From a virus (lineage: Duplodnaviria > Caudoviricetes), in the IMG/VR virus record IMGVR_UViG_3300010429_001696, positions 1 through 64,000 of that record: a DNA stretch of 64,000 nt; one strand, given 5' to 3'. The notes below the pieces were generated by a model. The model was given only the letters and a program-made list of their open reading frames with translations, made no database searches and had not been told where the DNA came from. Each line of letters begins with the position of its first letter. Position 1 is the first letter of the stretch. The translations under genes and the position numbers were made by a program. Positions 48,101-59,234 of the stretch are shown one piece after another.

Positions 48101-48775
48101 ATGAAACTATTAATAAAATTTCCCACTAGAAACAGAGTAAAAAAATTTTTTGATGTTTTAGATCTTTATTATGACTATCTTGAAGATAAGGATAATACGG
48201 AAATATGTGTTTCATTGGATACGGATGACAAGACAATGAACAATGACGCTATATTCAAAAGATTGGAAACCTATGATAATCTCTCCTATTTTGTTTCTAA
48301 TAACAAAAGTAAAATACAAGCAATAAATGCTGATTTGGAAGAATTTGATGGCGATTTCGATATAATTTTATTGGCGTCCGATGATATGGTGCCCCAAATA
48401 AAAGGATACGACAATATTATTAGAGAAAATATGGAAAAATATTATCCAGACACTGATGGTGTTTTATGGTTTTTTGATGGAAATCGCCGAGATTTAAATA
48501 CTCTTTGTATTTTAGGAAAAAAATATTATGATAGATTTGGATATATCTATCATCCTGGTTATAAATCAGTATACGTGGATAACGAATTCACACAAGTAGC
48601 GAATCGTTTAAAAAGGCAAACATTTATAGATCAATGTATTATAAAACATGAACACCCAGACATGCCTCAGTTCAGGGACAGGATCGATAATTTATATGTA
48701 GAAAATAGTAAATATTATCCAGCCGATCATAGTTTTTTTATGTTGAGACAAAAAAATAATTTTGGTTTAAAATGA
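48101..48775 (+). CDS. GT-A glycosyltransferase
   Basis: FPTRNR, KIQAIN, LASDDM, YVDNE. Confidence 0.75.
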   Translation: MKLLIKFPTRNRVKKFFDVLDLYYDYLEDKDNTEICVSLDTDDKTMNNDAIFKRLETYDNLSYFVSNNKSKIQAINADLEEFDGDFDIILLASDDMVPQIKGYDNIIRENMEKYYPDTDGVLWFFDGNRRDLNTLCILGKKYYDRFGYIYHPGYKSVYVDNEFTQVANRLKRQTFIDQCIIKHEHPDMPQFRDRIDNLYVENSKYYPADHSFFMLRQKNNFGLK

Positions 48776-49428
48776 AATTAATTTCTTTTTGTTTGTGGGG
48801 GAATATACCAAAATATACTATTGGGGCTATAAAAAACGCAGAATTAAAACAATCAATTTATCCGGATTGGATCGCCAGATTTTATTGCAGTGATAATGTT
48901 TCAGCAGATATAATAGAAAAATTAAAATCTTTTCCAAATGTTGAGGTTTGTATAATGCCGGATGATGGATGGAGGGCTATGTTTTGGAGATTTCTTCCAG
49001 CATCTGATCCTGATGTTTCAGCTATTTTGAGTCGTGACACAGATAGTAGGTTAAGCGTAAGAGAGAAAATGGCTGTTGATGTTTGGCTTGCTAGTGATAA
49101 GAGGTTTTTATCTTTGAGAGATCACCCATGGCATGATATACCAATTTTGGGAGGCATGTGGGGTGCAAAATATCCAATATTATCAAATATGAAAGAATTG
49201 ATAGAATCATACAACAAAGGAAATTATTGGCAAGTGGATCAAGAGTTTTTAAGTAGAGTAATTTTTCCGATTGTGAGAAATGACACAATGTTCATTGACG
49301 ATTTTTTTGGGGGTATAAGATTTCCTTCAAATAGAATAAATTATGAATTTGTCGGAGATTCTTTTGATGAAAACGATAATAGACATCCAGATTACTGGGT
49401 AGTCCTAAAAAATTATTTGGGGGGTTAA
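48772..49428 (+). CDS. Glycosyltransferase-like protein
   Basis: SFCLWG..KY..GA..N, MFWRF, SRDTDSR, RDHPWH, GGMWG, DQEFL. Confidence 0.7.
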   Translation: MKLISFCLWGNIPKYTIGAIKNAELKQSIYPDWIARFYCSDNVSADIIEKLKSFPNVEVCIMPDDGWRAMFWRFLPASDPDVSAILSRDTDSRLSVREKMAVDVWLASDKRFLSLRDHPWHDIPILGGMWGAKYPILSNMKELIESYNKGNYWQVDQEFLSRVIFPIVRNDTMFIDDFFGGIRFPSNRINYEFVGDSFDENDNRHPDYWVVLKNYLGG

Positions 49429-49701
49429 CAAAATTTTGAACAATCTTACACAATATTTAACAATGGAAAACCTTAGTGTAAAGAATATGATGTCAAACTA
49501 ATAAATCGGATGTTCTAAAAGTTGATAAGAATAAAATAAAATACAGACCTAATTGGATATATCAAATGATGTTGAAGTTTTTTCAAAATGTTACAAAAAA
49601 TGATAATTATTTAATATTAGAATCCGATTCTGCTGTATTGAAAAAATTACCCTTTTTTAAAAAGATGTATACCATAATAGGCAAAAAATATTTTAAAATA
49701 A

Positions 49702-50472
49702 ATGGAAATAGAATTTGAAAGTGTAGAAATATTTAGAAATCAATATAGAAATATACCTGGTTTTGTTTTTGGGTCCGGCCCTTCTTTAAAAGATATTAAT
49801 ATAAATTCTTTGTATAATAAGGGAGTTATAATATCATGCAATTCATCGATAGTGGAATTAGATTATGCCGACTTTTTTATATTTACTGATGGAGCTGTTC
49901 CATTTTACAATTTCTATAATGATGCTATTAAAAAATCAAAAAATATAATATTCGCGGGTAGAGGAATAGATTACAAATATTATTATAATAATATTAATGG
50001 TTACGGCGAAGCAATAGAACACAATAATAATAAATACTTAATTGACAGGAGATATGATAATAGAGGAAGGGGTTTTCTTAATAATGATTCTGACAACGCC
50101 GCCAATTTTGATTTTTTTGACGGAAAATTAATAGATGGCACTGATGTTTGTCACGTAGCATCTCATCTTTCTCATATATTGGGATGCAACCCAACATACA
50201 TTATTGGTGTAGATTTAAAATGGGATGGCAATGAAAGATATTTCAGGTCTTTTTCAGATGATTCTATTTTGCAAAGAAACAATAGTCCATATAGATATAT
50301 GGATAACAAATCTTATTTTGGTGATAATAATAGAGATATTTTTTTAAACATGAGCTATAATAGTTGGATAAAAATAACTAGAGAAAACAAAAATCTCAAT
50401 ATAAAATGTGCTAGTAAAAAAAGTCGACTTAATGATTTTTTTGATTATGTTGATATAAATAAAATATTTTAA
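49702..50472 (+). CDS. Maf/DUF115-like putative nonulosonate transferase
   Basis: FGSGPSL, ISCN, LGCNPTYIIGVDL. Confidence 0.7.
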   Translation: MEIEFESVEIFRNQYRNIPGFVFGSGPSLKDININSLYNKGVIISCNSSIVELDYADFFIFTDGAVPFYNFYNDAIKKSKNIIFAGRGIDYKYYYNNINGYGEAIEHNNNKYLIDRRYDNRGRGFLNNDSDNAANFDFFDGKLIDGTDVCHVASHLSHILGCNPTYIIGVDLKWDGNERYFRSFSDDSILQRNNSPYRYMDNKSYFGDNNRDIFLNMSYNSWIKITRENKNLNIKCASKKSRLNDFFDYVDINKIF

Positions 50473-50474
50473 CA

Positions 50475-51491
50475 ATGTTAAATAATAAAACGGTTTTAAT
50501 AACAGGCGGAACGGGTTCTTTTGGAAACAAATTTGTTGATATCGTATTAAAGAGATTTCCGAATATCAAAAGAATAATAATATATTCTAGAGATGAAATG
50601 AAACAATATGAAATGTCACAAAAATATCCATCATGCAAATATCCATGCATGAGATATTTCATAGGTGATGTTAGAGATTTGAATAGATTGAAAATGGCAA
50701 CTCAAAATGTTGATATAGTTATACATGCTGCTGCCATAAAACATGTGCCTGTAGCTGAAGAAAATCCAATGGAATGTATAAAAACGAATATCATTGGAGC
50801 GCAAAATGTTATAGATGCTTCATTAGAAAATAAAATATATTGTGTTGTGGCTCTATCAACAGATAAAGCGTCATCCCCAATAAACTTATATGGCGCATCA
50901 AAATTGTGTTCTGATAAATTATTTATAGCCGCGAACAATCTCAAAGGGCATAAAAATATAAAATTCTGTGTTGTGCGTTATGGAAATGTGATGGGTTCTA
51001 GAGGGTCCGTTATGCCATATTTTATTAAAATGAGAAGCAGTGGAATATTACCAGTGACAGATGAAAATATGACAAGGTTCAATATATCTTTAGATGATGG
51101 TGTTGAATTAGTTTTACATGCTATAGAAAAATCCTTGGGTGGAGAAATATTCGTTCCCAAAATACCGTCTTATAAATTAGTAGATGTGGCTCGAGCGATA
51201 TCACCATCATCAAAGATAAATATTATTGGAATGAGGCCTGGTGAAAAGTTACACGAAGAAATGATATCTAAAAATGATTCATATAACACCATAGATGCTG
51301 GTGAATATTATATCATATTACCAACATTTTCATGGTTTTATAAAAAGGAAGATTATGTAAAATTTCATGACGGAAAAGATGTGCCAGTTGGATTTTCTTA
51401 TTCATCAGATAAAAATAATGATTGGTTGACCACAGAAGATATAATATCATCTATAAAAAAATACATTGATCAAAATTTCATACCATTATGA
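50475..51491 (+). CDS. pseB: UDP-GlcNAc 4,6-dehydratase (inverting)
   Basis: TGGTGSFG, SRDEMKQ, STDKA..PINLYGASKL, RYGNVMGSRGSV, RPGEKLHE. Confidence 0.93.
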   Translation: MLNNKTVLITGGTGSFGNKFVDIVLKRFPNIKRIIIYSRDEMKQYEMSQKYPSCKYPCMRYFIGDVRDLNRLKMATQNVDIVIHAAAIKHVPVAEENPMECIKTNIIGAQNVIDASLENKIYCVVALSTDKASSPINLYGASKLCSDKLFIAANNLKGHKNIKFCVVRYGNVMGSRGSVMPYFIKMRSSGILPVTDENMTRFNISLDDGVELVLHAIEKSLGGEIFVPKIPSYKLVDVARAISPSSKINIIGMRPGEKLHEEMISKNDSYNTIDAGEYYIILPTFSWFYKKEDYVKFHDGKDVPVGFSYSSDKNNDWLTTEDIISSIKKYIDQNFIPL

Positions 51492-52231
51492 TATTCGCTT
51501 TTGTTCAAGCTAGGATGGGATCAACTAGATTGCCAGGTAAGGTTATGAAAAATATAAATAAAAAACCTTTGATATGGCATGTTATCGATAGATTAAAATA
51601 TTCAAAAAATATAAATAAAATCATCATTTTAACAACAATCAATAAAAAAGACGATGTTCTTTTTAAATGGTGTCGAAACCATAATTTAGAAATTTTCAGA
51701 GGAGATGAAGAAAATGTTGTAAAAAGATTTTATGATGCCGCTATCAATTTTAAATTGAGTGATAATGACATAATAATTAGAATAACATCTGATGATCCTT
51801 TTAAAGATCCATTGATTATTGATAAAATGATAGATATTTTAACTGAAAAAAAATTGGATTTTATATTCAATAATTGCCCACCAACATTCCCAGAAGGATT
51901 GGATATCGAGATTTTTAGATTTTCTTTATTAAAAAACAACATTGACGAAATACAAAATTCATTTGACAAACAACACGTGACACAATATTTCTATAGGATG
52001 ACTGAAATAAAAAAAGAAAATTTTTTCAATTCCGTCGATCAATCAGATTTAAGATGGACCATAGACACAATAGATGATTTGAAAATGACAAAAAAAATTT
52101 ATAAACTTTTATATCAAGAAAATAATATATTCACAACAAATGATATTATAAATTTGCTTGAAAATAAGGTTGATATTAAAAATATCAACAAAAATGTGAA
52201 AAGAAGTTTTATGTATGAAAAGGATATCTAA
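51488..52231 (+). CDS. SpsF/PseF-type cytidylyltransferase
   Basis: QARMGSTRLPGKV, RITSDDP, RWTIDT.DD. Confidence 0.85.
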   Translation: MIFAFVQARMGSTRLPGKVMKNINKKPLIWHVIDRLKYSKNINKIIILTTINKKDDVLFKWCRNHNLEIFRGDEENVVKRFYDAAINFKLSDNDIIIRITSDDPFKDPLIIDKMIDILTEKKLDFIFNNCPPTFPEGLDIEIFRFSLLKNNIDEIQNSFDKQHVTQYFYRMTEIKKENFFNSVDQSDLRWTIDTIDDLKMTKKIYKLLYQENNIFTTNDIINLLENKVDIKNINKNVKRSFMYEKDI

Positions 52232-53378
52232 AATAGAAAAAAAATATGTTCTTCAATGTTTAAATGATCAGTTTAGAACATCAAAAGGAAGCTATTTTAC
52301 GTCTTTGGTTGAAAAAAAAATTAAAGATTTATATAATGTTAAACATGCTATAAGTCATTCTAATGGTACTGCAACCCTACACAACGCTATTAATTCATTG
52401 GGGATCGATAAAGATGATGAAATTATTGTCCCTCCATTAACGATGTCATCAACGGCTATATCTGTATTGATGAACAACTCCATTCCTGTTTTCGCTGATG
52501 TGGATATGGATACTTTTAATATAAGCCCAAATTCTATATTAAATGCGATTACACCCAAAACAAAAGCTATTATGGCGGTTTCATTATATGGACTATCACC
52601 GGATTATGATGAAATTTTAAAAATTTGTAATAAATATAATTTATTTTTGATAGAAGATAATGCTGAAAGTTTTTTAAGTGAATATAAAGGAAAACTAATT
52701 GGTTCTTTTGGAAATTTTTCTAGCTTTAGTTTTCAATCAAGTAAACATTTAACTTGTGGTGAAGGTGGAATGTTAATTACTAATGATGATGATTTGGCTG
52801 ATAGAGCTAGAAGATTTTCAAGTCTTGGTTATCAAGGACTAAAAGAATCATCTAAAATAACGAAAAGCGATATACAAAATCCATCTTATGATAGGCATGT
52901 ATCACTCGGATTCAATTATAGAATGTCAGAGATACAATCATCTATTTTACTTGGTCAAATAGAAAGATCTCGTAAATTAGTCGATAGAAGAATAGAAGTG
53001 GCTAATCTTTTTATGGAAGCCATAGATAATTGCGAATTTTTGAAATGTCAATATGTACCTGATGGTTATAAAAATACATGGTGGACTTTCTCAATGATAT
53101 TAAAAACGGATAGTGATATAGATTGGTATAGATTCAGAGAAATCTTTTTAAATTATGGCGGAGATGAATATTATGCAGCATGGAAATTATCATATAAAGA
53201 ACCTTTATTTTTAAACATGAATGACAATAGAATATGGCAGAAATATAATGAAAATATTTGTCCTAATGCTGATTATTTACAAAAGAAAATGATCCAATTA
53301 AAAACAAATTATTGGAATTTAAAAGATGCTGAAAAGCAAGTGAAAATTCTTAAAAAGACAATAAAAAAATTTAAATAA
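52215..53378 (+). CDS. DegT/PseC-type sugar aminotransferase
   Basis: SNGTATLH, IEDNAE, SFQSSKHLTCGEGG, GFNYRM. Confidence 0.88.
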   Translation: MKRISKIEKKYVLQCLNDQFRTSKGSYFTSLVEKKIKDLYNVKHAISHSNGTATLHNAINSLGIDKDDEIIVPPLTMSSTAISVLMNNSIPVFADVDMDTFNISPNSILNAITPKTKAIMAVSLYGLSPDYDEILKICNKYNLFLIEDNAESFLSEYKGKLIGSFGNFSSFSFQSSKHLTCGEGGMLITNDDDLADRARRFSSLGYQGLKESSKITKSDIQNPSYDRHVSLGFNYRMSEIQSSILLGQIERSRKLVDRRIEVANLFMEAIDNCEFLKCQYVPDGYKNTWWTFSMILKTDSDIDWYRFREIFLNYGGDEYYAAWKLSYKEPLFLNMNDNRIWQKYNENICPNADYLQKKMIQLKTNYWNLKDAEKQVKILKKTIKKFK

Positions 53379-53380
53379 AT

Positions 53381-54439
53381 ATGTTTCCAAAAGAAATAGT
53401 CATAGGCGATAAAATAATAGGTGTGGGGCATCCCACATATATAATCGCCGAAATAGGAGCTAATTTTGATAATAATATAGAAAAAGCGAAATTGCTTTGT
53501 TTAAAGGCGAAAGAGTCTGGGGCTGATTGTGCAAAATTTCAAAGTTTCATATCTCAAAAAATAGTATCAGGAAAAGGATTTGCGAATATGAAATTGAAAG
53601 GTGTTCACGGTAGCTGGTCAAAACCAATTGAACAAGTTTTCAAAGAAGCTGAATTCCCAAGAGAATGGCACAAAGAAATTTCGGATTATTGTAAGGAAAT
53701 TGATATACATTTTTCAACATCGCCATATGATTTTGAAGCTGTTGATTTATGTGAACAATTAAATGTTCCATTTATCAAAATTGGTTCTGGTGAAATAACA
53801 TGGCATGAAATTCTTGAACACATTGCTAGTAAAAATAAACCAATGTTTCTAGCAACTGGTGATTCCACATTGTCTGAAATAGATGAAGCTGTTAGAGTGA
53901 TAGAATCAACTGGAAATAATAATCTGGTTTTGATGCAATGCATAACCAATTATCCATCTAAAATTGAAAGCGCGAATATTAGCGTATTGAAGACATATAA
54001 GAAAGCGTTCAATATTTTAACTGGTTATTCTGATCATTCACCCGGTTTAGTTGTCGCTTTGGGTTCGGTTTCTTTGGGTGCTTGTGTAATAGAAAAACAC
54101 TTTACTTTAAACAATAATGATATTGGACCAGATCATCCTCACTCCATGAACGTATCTGATTTCAAAACAATGGTAAAATGTATTAGAGAACTTGAAAAAG
54201 CATTAGGATCATCTAGAAAACAAGTTGTTGATGAAGAATCTGAAACAGTAATAGTTCAAAGAAGATGTTTATATGCTAATAAAAATATTTTAAAAGATGA
54301 TATTATAAAATATGATGATATTATCGAACTGAGACCAGCTCTTGGTATATATCCAAAATATAAAAAAAATATTATTGGTAAACGGGCTAGTAGATATATT
54401 GAAAAATATACACCCATTTTTTGGGAGGACATAATATGA
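53381..54439 (+). CDS. NeuB/PseI nonulosonic acid synthase
   Basis: IIAEIGAN, KFQ, KIGSGE, GYSDHS, IEKHFT, GPDH, SAF domain. Confidence 0.92.
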   Translation: MFPKEIVIGDKIIGVGHPTYIIAEIGANFDNNIEKAKLLCLKAKESGADCAKFQSFISQKIVSGKGFANMKLKGVHGSWSKPIEQVFKEAEFPREWHKEISDYCKEIDIHFSTSPYDFEAVDLCEQLNVPFIKIGSGEITWHEILEHIASKNKPMFLATGDSTLSEIDEAVRVIESTGNNNLVLMQCITNYPSKIESANISVLKTYKKAFNILTGYSDHSPGLVVALGSVSLGACVIEKHFTLNNNDIGPDHPHSMNVSDFKTMVKCIRELEKALGSSRKQVVDEESETVIVQRRCLYANKNILKDDIIKYDDIIELRPALGIYPKYKKNIIGKRASRYIEKYTPIFWEDII

Positions 54440-55014
54440 TAAGCGAAAGAGAAAAATTTATGGCTATAATTGATGGCGAGATTTTAAAAAAATCAGATGC
54501 TATTATAATTTTAGAAGGAGACGGTGAAAATAGAAACGAGAAATCAGCCGAATTATACAGAAATGGTTGGGGAGAAAAAATTGTTTTTTCTGGTGGGTTT
54601 GATGATCCAAAATCAGGAGCCTACATACAAAAAAATATTCTTGATAAATTAATTTCTTTTGGTGTCAGAGGTGAAGATGTAATAGAAGAAAGAAATTCTA
54701 AAAACACAAAAGAACAAGGCGATGAAGTCATGAAAATTGTAAAAGAAAAAAATTGGAAAAAAATTATATTAGTTGCATCAAATTATCACCAATATCGAGC
54801 ATATTTAACCTTTTTGAAAAGTATGGAAAATGCTAATTTATTAATAGAAATATTCAATGCCCCAGCTCGATTAAAATGGTTTGATAAAAATGAGTGGGGG
54901 GCCAGATATGAAATATTAGATCTAGAATTTGATAAAATCGATCGATATAAAGATCATTTAATGTCATATGAAAAAGCAATAAAATATCAGAAATGGAAAG
55001 AAAAACAAGTGTAG
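54436..55014 (+). CDS. YdcF/DUF218 family protein
   Basis: DAIIIL, FSGG, E.NSKNTKEQ, LVASNYHQYRA. Confidence 0.85.
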   Translation: MISEREKFMAIIDGEILKKSDAIIILEGDGENRNEKSAELYRNGWGEKIVFSGGFDDPKSGAYIQKNILDKLISFGVRGEDVIEERNSKNTKEQGDEVMKIVKEKNWKKIILVASNYHQYRAYLTFLKSMENANLLIEIFNAPARLKWFDKNEWGARYEILDLEFDKIDRYKDHLMSYEKAIKYQKWKEKQV

Positions 55015-55592
55015 AAAAAGCTCAAATATTATTTGGAAAAAATTTTATAGGAAAAGAAGAAATTAATTCCATAACTAAATTTGCGAAACTATATGTAAGT
55101 GAATACAAAGAAAACATGATTAGTTTGCAAGATGATATTGATGTTAAAAATTCTATTTTGATATATGGAAAAGGTTTGGATATTAACGGAAATCTTTATA
55201 ACATAAAAAACATGTTAAGTATATTCGGTAAAGAACCAGATAAAAATGAACCGTGTTTTTATAATCAAGATTGGTATCTAAAAGAAGATTTTATACATAA
55301 ATCTTTGGATGAAAAATGGTATATTGTTAAAAAAAATGTGTGTCATACGAAAAAAATGTTAAAAGATGTTAAAAATCTCCCATCAACTATTTTATTAACC
55401 TACGTTTTTTTTATTAATTTTTTGGTTAATTCTGAAGTTTTATGGGAAGACGATTTTATTTGGACATCCGATGTTGATCACAATGGCGATAGAATATATT
55501 GTGGTAGATATTTTGATATTGAATCTTTTAATAAAAATGGTTTCAACATTCATAGACATTTAAAAATAAAAAATAATTTTGGATATGTATGA
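54993..55592 (+). CDS. Hypothetical protein
   Basis: Overlapping operon ORF. Confidence 0.65.
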   Translation: MERKTSVEKAQILFGKNFIGKEEINSITKFAKLYVSEYKENMISLQDDIDVKNSILIYGKGLDINGNLYNIKNMLSIFGKEPDKNEPCFYNQDWYLKEDFIHKSLDEKWYIVKKNVCHTKKMLKDVKNLPSTILLTYVFFINFLVNSEVLWEDDFIWTSDVDHNGDRIYCGRYFDIESFNKNGFNIHRHLKIKNNFGYV

Positions 55593-56194
55593 TTAATGTT
55601 TTGATGCCATTTTATAATAGTGAAAAATATTTAAAAAGAAGTTTGGAATCGATACTCGCACAAACTTTTCGAGACTTTCAAATAATTTTATTAGATGATG
55701 GTTCCAATGATAATTCAGTAAATATAATAAAATCATATAATGATAATAGAATAAAGTTATTTGAGAATAAGAAAAATATGGGCAGAGGATATTCTAGGAA
55801 TATTTTATTAGAGTTGTCTAACACCGAATTATCATGTTGGTGTGATTCTGACGACTATATGTTGCCTCAGAAGTTGGAAAAACAATATGATTACTTTTTG
55901 AATAATCAAGGTTGTTATTTTTTAGCCACAGAAATGTATGATATGAATGTTGATAAAATAATTGGCGTTGGATGCAATAAACATTGGATGATTAATGAAT
56001 TAACATTGTAAAAATTAAAAATTAGCAATTGTATAAATCATCCAACAGTCATGTTTAAAACAGAAATAGCCAAAAAATTGAAATTTAATGATACAATGAA
56101 ATTTAATGAAGACTGGGATTTTTATATTAGATTATATCAAATGGGTTATAAAGTAGAGTGTCTTAATGATATATTATATGTCTATAAACTTTAA
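55589..56194 (+). pseudogene. GT2 glycosyltransferase with in-frame TAA at 56009-56011
   Basis: LMPFYN..DDGS..DSDD; same frame continues INHPTVMFK..EDWDF to 56194. Confidence 0.8.
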
Positions 56195-56213
56195 TCAAAA
56201 ATAATTATTTAAA

Positions 56214-56975
56214 ATGGATTTGATGTATCATGCCGGTCTCGGCGACAATATAATATGTAATGCAATAGTTAGAAATTTTTGTAAAGAATATGAATTTATA
56301 AATATTTTTGTAAATAGTAATAATTACGTCTCTATTGAATTCATGTTTAGAGATATAAAAAATTTGAATTATATAATATGGAATCATAATAAGAAAATAG
56401 AATTTGAGGGATATTTTGATGAAAATTCTTCAGATTTTTATAAATGGTATCAAAACAATTTAAAAAATGGCTTAAATGGCACATTAAATGGTGTCGGAGC
56501 AAATAACTACTCGTTACAAAATAAAAAAATTATTCGTATAACAAACAATAATACAAACATAAATTTTGATAGATCTTTTTATGAATGTGCTGGATTGGAT
56601 TTTAACAAAAGGTGGGATGACTTTTATGTGGATAGAGATATTCAAAAAGAAATATGTTTTTTTGAAAAATTTAATATATCTGGTGAAAAATTTATTTTTT
56701 TACATGAAGGCGGTAGTTCTGGTATGTCAAAAATAAATAGAAAAAAAATTAGTAATGATTTACCAATAATTGAAGCTAAAAGAGAACTTACAGACAATAT
56801 TTTTGATTATTGTTATATAATAGAGAATGCTGCTGAAATACACTGTGTTGATAGTAGTTTTTTATTTTTAACAGATTCTATTAAAACAAATGGTGATTTA
56901 TTTGTTCATCGATATACAAAAAAATTGAGTAATAGTGAAATGCCAACTTTAAGAAAGAATTGGAATATAATGTAG
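56214..56975 (+). CDS. Putative glycosyltransferase-like protein
   Basis: HAGLGDNIICN..FY..G..IENAAEIHCVDSSF. Confidence 0.6.
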   Translation: MDLMYHAGLGDNIICNAIVRNFCKEYEFINIFVNSNNYVSIEFMFRDIKNLNYIIWNHNKKIEFEGYFDENSSDFYKWYQNNLKNGLNGTLNGVGANNYSLQNKKIIRITNNNTNINFDRSFYECAGLDFNKRWDDFYVDRDIQKEICFFEKFNISGEKFIFLHEGGSSGMSKINRKKISNDLPIIEAKRELTDNIFDYCYIIENAAEIHCVDSSFLFLTDSIKTNGDLFVHRYTKKLSNSEMPTLRKNWNIM

Positions 56976-56991
56976 AAAATAAATTAAAAAC

Positions 56992-57999
56992 ATGAAATTT
57001 AAAGCTGTCATCTTAGAAAAAATAAACAAACCTCTTGTCATAAAAGAAATAGAAACAACACCACTAAAAAGAGGGCAAGTTTTAGTAAAAAATTTGGTGA
57101 GTGGCTTGTGCGGTGCCCAACTACAGGAAATACGTGGCGAAAAAGGAAATGCGAAATTTGTGCCTCATCTTTTAGGGCATGAAGGATGCGGAATTGTTCA
57201 AGAAGTTGGCGAAGATGTTACCAATGTTAAAGTTGGGGATAAAGTTGTTATGCATTGGAGAAAAGGAAATGGTATAGAATCAGATTTTCCAGAATACATA
57301 ATAGATGGAAACAAGAAAAGTTCAGGAAAGATAACAACATTGAGCGAATACTCAATAATCTCTGAAAATCGTTCAACATCCGTACCCATTGATACTCCAG
57401 ATGATTTTTGCGCGTTGCTGGGATGCGCTATAACAACAGCTTACGGCGTTGTAAATGATGAGATTAATTGGAGCTGGCAACATAAAAATAATAAAATTTT
57501 AATTATTGGTATCGGAGGAGTTGGTTTGAATATATATGAAGCTTTAATGTCTTATTGCCTTTTCAAAGGTGGTGAGATTACATGCTTAGATAAATTTGAT
57601 AAAAATGATATAAAAACCATTAAAAGTCTATCTGAAACTAATTCTAAATTTGATGTTATAATAGATACAACTGGAAATTCTGAATTGATATCCGAGTCTT
57701 TGAAATATTTGAATGACAATGGTCAGTATATTATAGTCTCCCAAATCAACAGCGATTTAATAATAAATAAAGATATATTCAATTCAATGTTTTCAGAAAA
57801 CGGGAAGACAATAAAATTTTCACAAGGTGGAAAATCTTTTCCATCATATCACGTTCCACATTATATAAAAATGCAAAAAGAAGGAGAATTATCCTATGAA
57901 AAAATCATAACACACAAATTTGATATGAATGAAATAAATGAGGCGATAGAATTATTGAAGACTGGAAATTGTGGTCGAATAATGATAAAAATTAATTAA
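56992..57999 (+). CDS. Zinc-binding (MDR) dehydrogenase
   Basis: GLCG, LGHEGCG, LLGCA, GIGGVG. Confidence 0.88.
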   Translation: MKFKAVILEKINKPLVIKEIETTPLKRGQVLVKNLVSGLCGAQLQEIRGEKGNAKFVPHLLGHEGCGIVQEVGEDVTNVKVGDKVVMHWRKGNGIESDFPEYIIDGNKKSSGKITTLSEYSIISENRSTSVPIDTPDDFCALLGCAITTAYGVVNDEINWSWQHKNNKILIIGIGGVGLNIYEALMSYCLFKGGEITCLDKFDKNDIKTIKSLSETNSKFDVIIDTTGNSELISESLKYLNDNGQYIIVSQINSDLIINKDIFNSMFSENGKTIKFSQGGKSFPSYHVPHYIKMQKEGELSYEKIITHKFDMNEINEAIELLKTGNCGRIMIKIN

Positions 58000-58007
58000 C
58001 AAAATAT

Positions 58008-58535
58008 ATGAAATATAAAGACGCTTTAATACAATCAATGAATAAATTAGCCGAAGATCCAAAAACACTTTTTTTGGGATATGGCGTTAAATATGGGAAA
58101 GCTTTGAACACTTTGAAAGATGTTAATCTAGAACAGATAATAGAAACTCCACTAGCAGAGAATTTAATGATGAGCATGGCTATTGGATTATCTATAGAGG
58201 GTTATAAACCAATAGTTTATTTCGAAAGATTTAATTTTATATTAATAGCTTTAGATTCTATTGTGAATCATTTGGATATGTTTAGAGAGATATCTGATAA
58301 TCAATATAGACCAAAGGTTATAATAAGAGTTACGGTTGGAAGAAAACTGACACCTTTTTTTACAGGGCCAACACACACAAGTGATTTCACCGAAGCTTTG
58401 AAAAAATTAGTAAAGTTCCCGGTTTTGAATCCAAAAACACCAACCGAGGTTATAGACGCTTATAGATTTGCGAGTCAATATGAAAATAGTGTGATGATAA
58501 TAGAAGACGCTGATATTATTGATATAAATTACTGA
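58008..58535 (+). CDS. ThDP enzyme beta subunit (pyrimidine-binding domain only)
   Basis: ETPLAE, MAIG, GPTH. Confidence 0.8.
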   Translation: MKYKDALIQSMNKLAEDPKTLFLGYGVKYGKALNTLKDVNLEQIIETPLAENLMMSMAIGLSIEGYKPIVYFERFNFILIALDSIVNHLDMFREISDNQYRPKVIIRVTVGRKLTPFFTGPTHTSDFTEALKKLVKFPVLNPKTPTEVIDAYRFASQYENSVMIIEDADIIDINY

Positions 58536-58554
58536 AAAAATAATAAGAAATGAT

Positions 58555-59163
58555 ATGATGAAAAAAGAAGAATTAATAGATTTTGAAAATGATATAATAG
58601 AATTATATAAAAAGGGATATCTTCCTTATGTAATGCATTTTTGTGGTGGTAACGAGGACGAATTGATAAAAATATTCGAAAAAATAAAACCGAATGATTA
58701 CATATTTTCTGATCACAGAACACATTATCATTATTTATTGGCTGGTGGTAGTAAAGAAAAGTTGAAGGACGATATAATGAGAGGTAAAAGTATGTTTGTC
58801 TTTGATAAAAAATTGAATTTTTTGTCAACATCTATTGTGGCTGGCGGACCTTGTATAGCCGCTGGAATGGCAATGGGAATAAAATTAAAAGGTGATGATA
58901 GACACGTTTGGTGTTTTATTGGTGATGGAGCTGAAGATGAGGGTCATTTTTATGAAGCTGTTAGATATGTAGATGGTCATGATCTGCCTTGCACTTTTAT
59001 AATAGAAGATAATAATAGAAATGTTGATACCCCCAAAATAGAAAGATATGGCAAAAATGCGATGAACTGGCCATCTTGCGTAATAAGATATCATTACGAA
59101 CCAATTTACCCACATTGTAGTGTTCCTATGAAGGAATGGTTAAAATTTAAGATGTATGAATAA
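58555..59163 (+). CDS. ThDP enzyme E1-alpha-like subunit
   Basis: HRTH, GDGAEDEG..EDNN. Confidence 0.85.
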   Translation: MMKKEELIDFENDIIELYKKGYLPYVMHFCGGNEDELIKIFEKIKPNDYIFSDHRTHYHYLLAGGSKEKLKDDIMRGKSMFVFDKKLNFLSTSIVAGGPCIAAGMAMGIKLKGDDRHVWCFIGDGAEDEGHFYEAVRYVDGHDLPCTFIIEDNNRNVDTPKIERYGKNAMNWPSCVIRYHYEPIYPHCSVPMKEWLKFKMYE

Positions 59164-59234
59164 TTACGCCAATATAATAGAATTAATAATATTATTTCTC
59201 AAATTTTTCTTGTTAAAAAGTAAATATAAAACCA

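Noticed and set aside
49429-49700. Intergenic gap in the glycan island
   Set aside because: No sustained ORF or convincing structure; possibly a decayed gene but unsupported.
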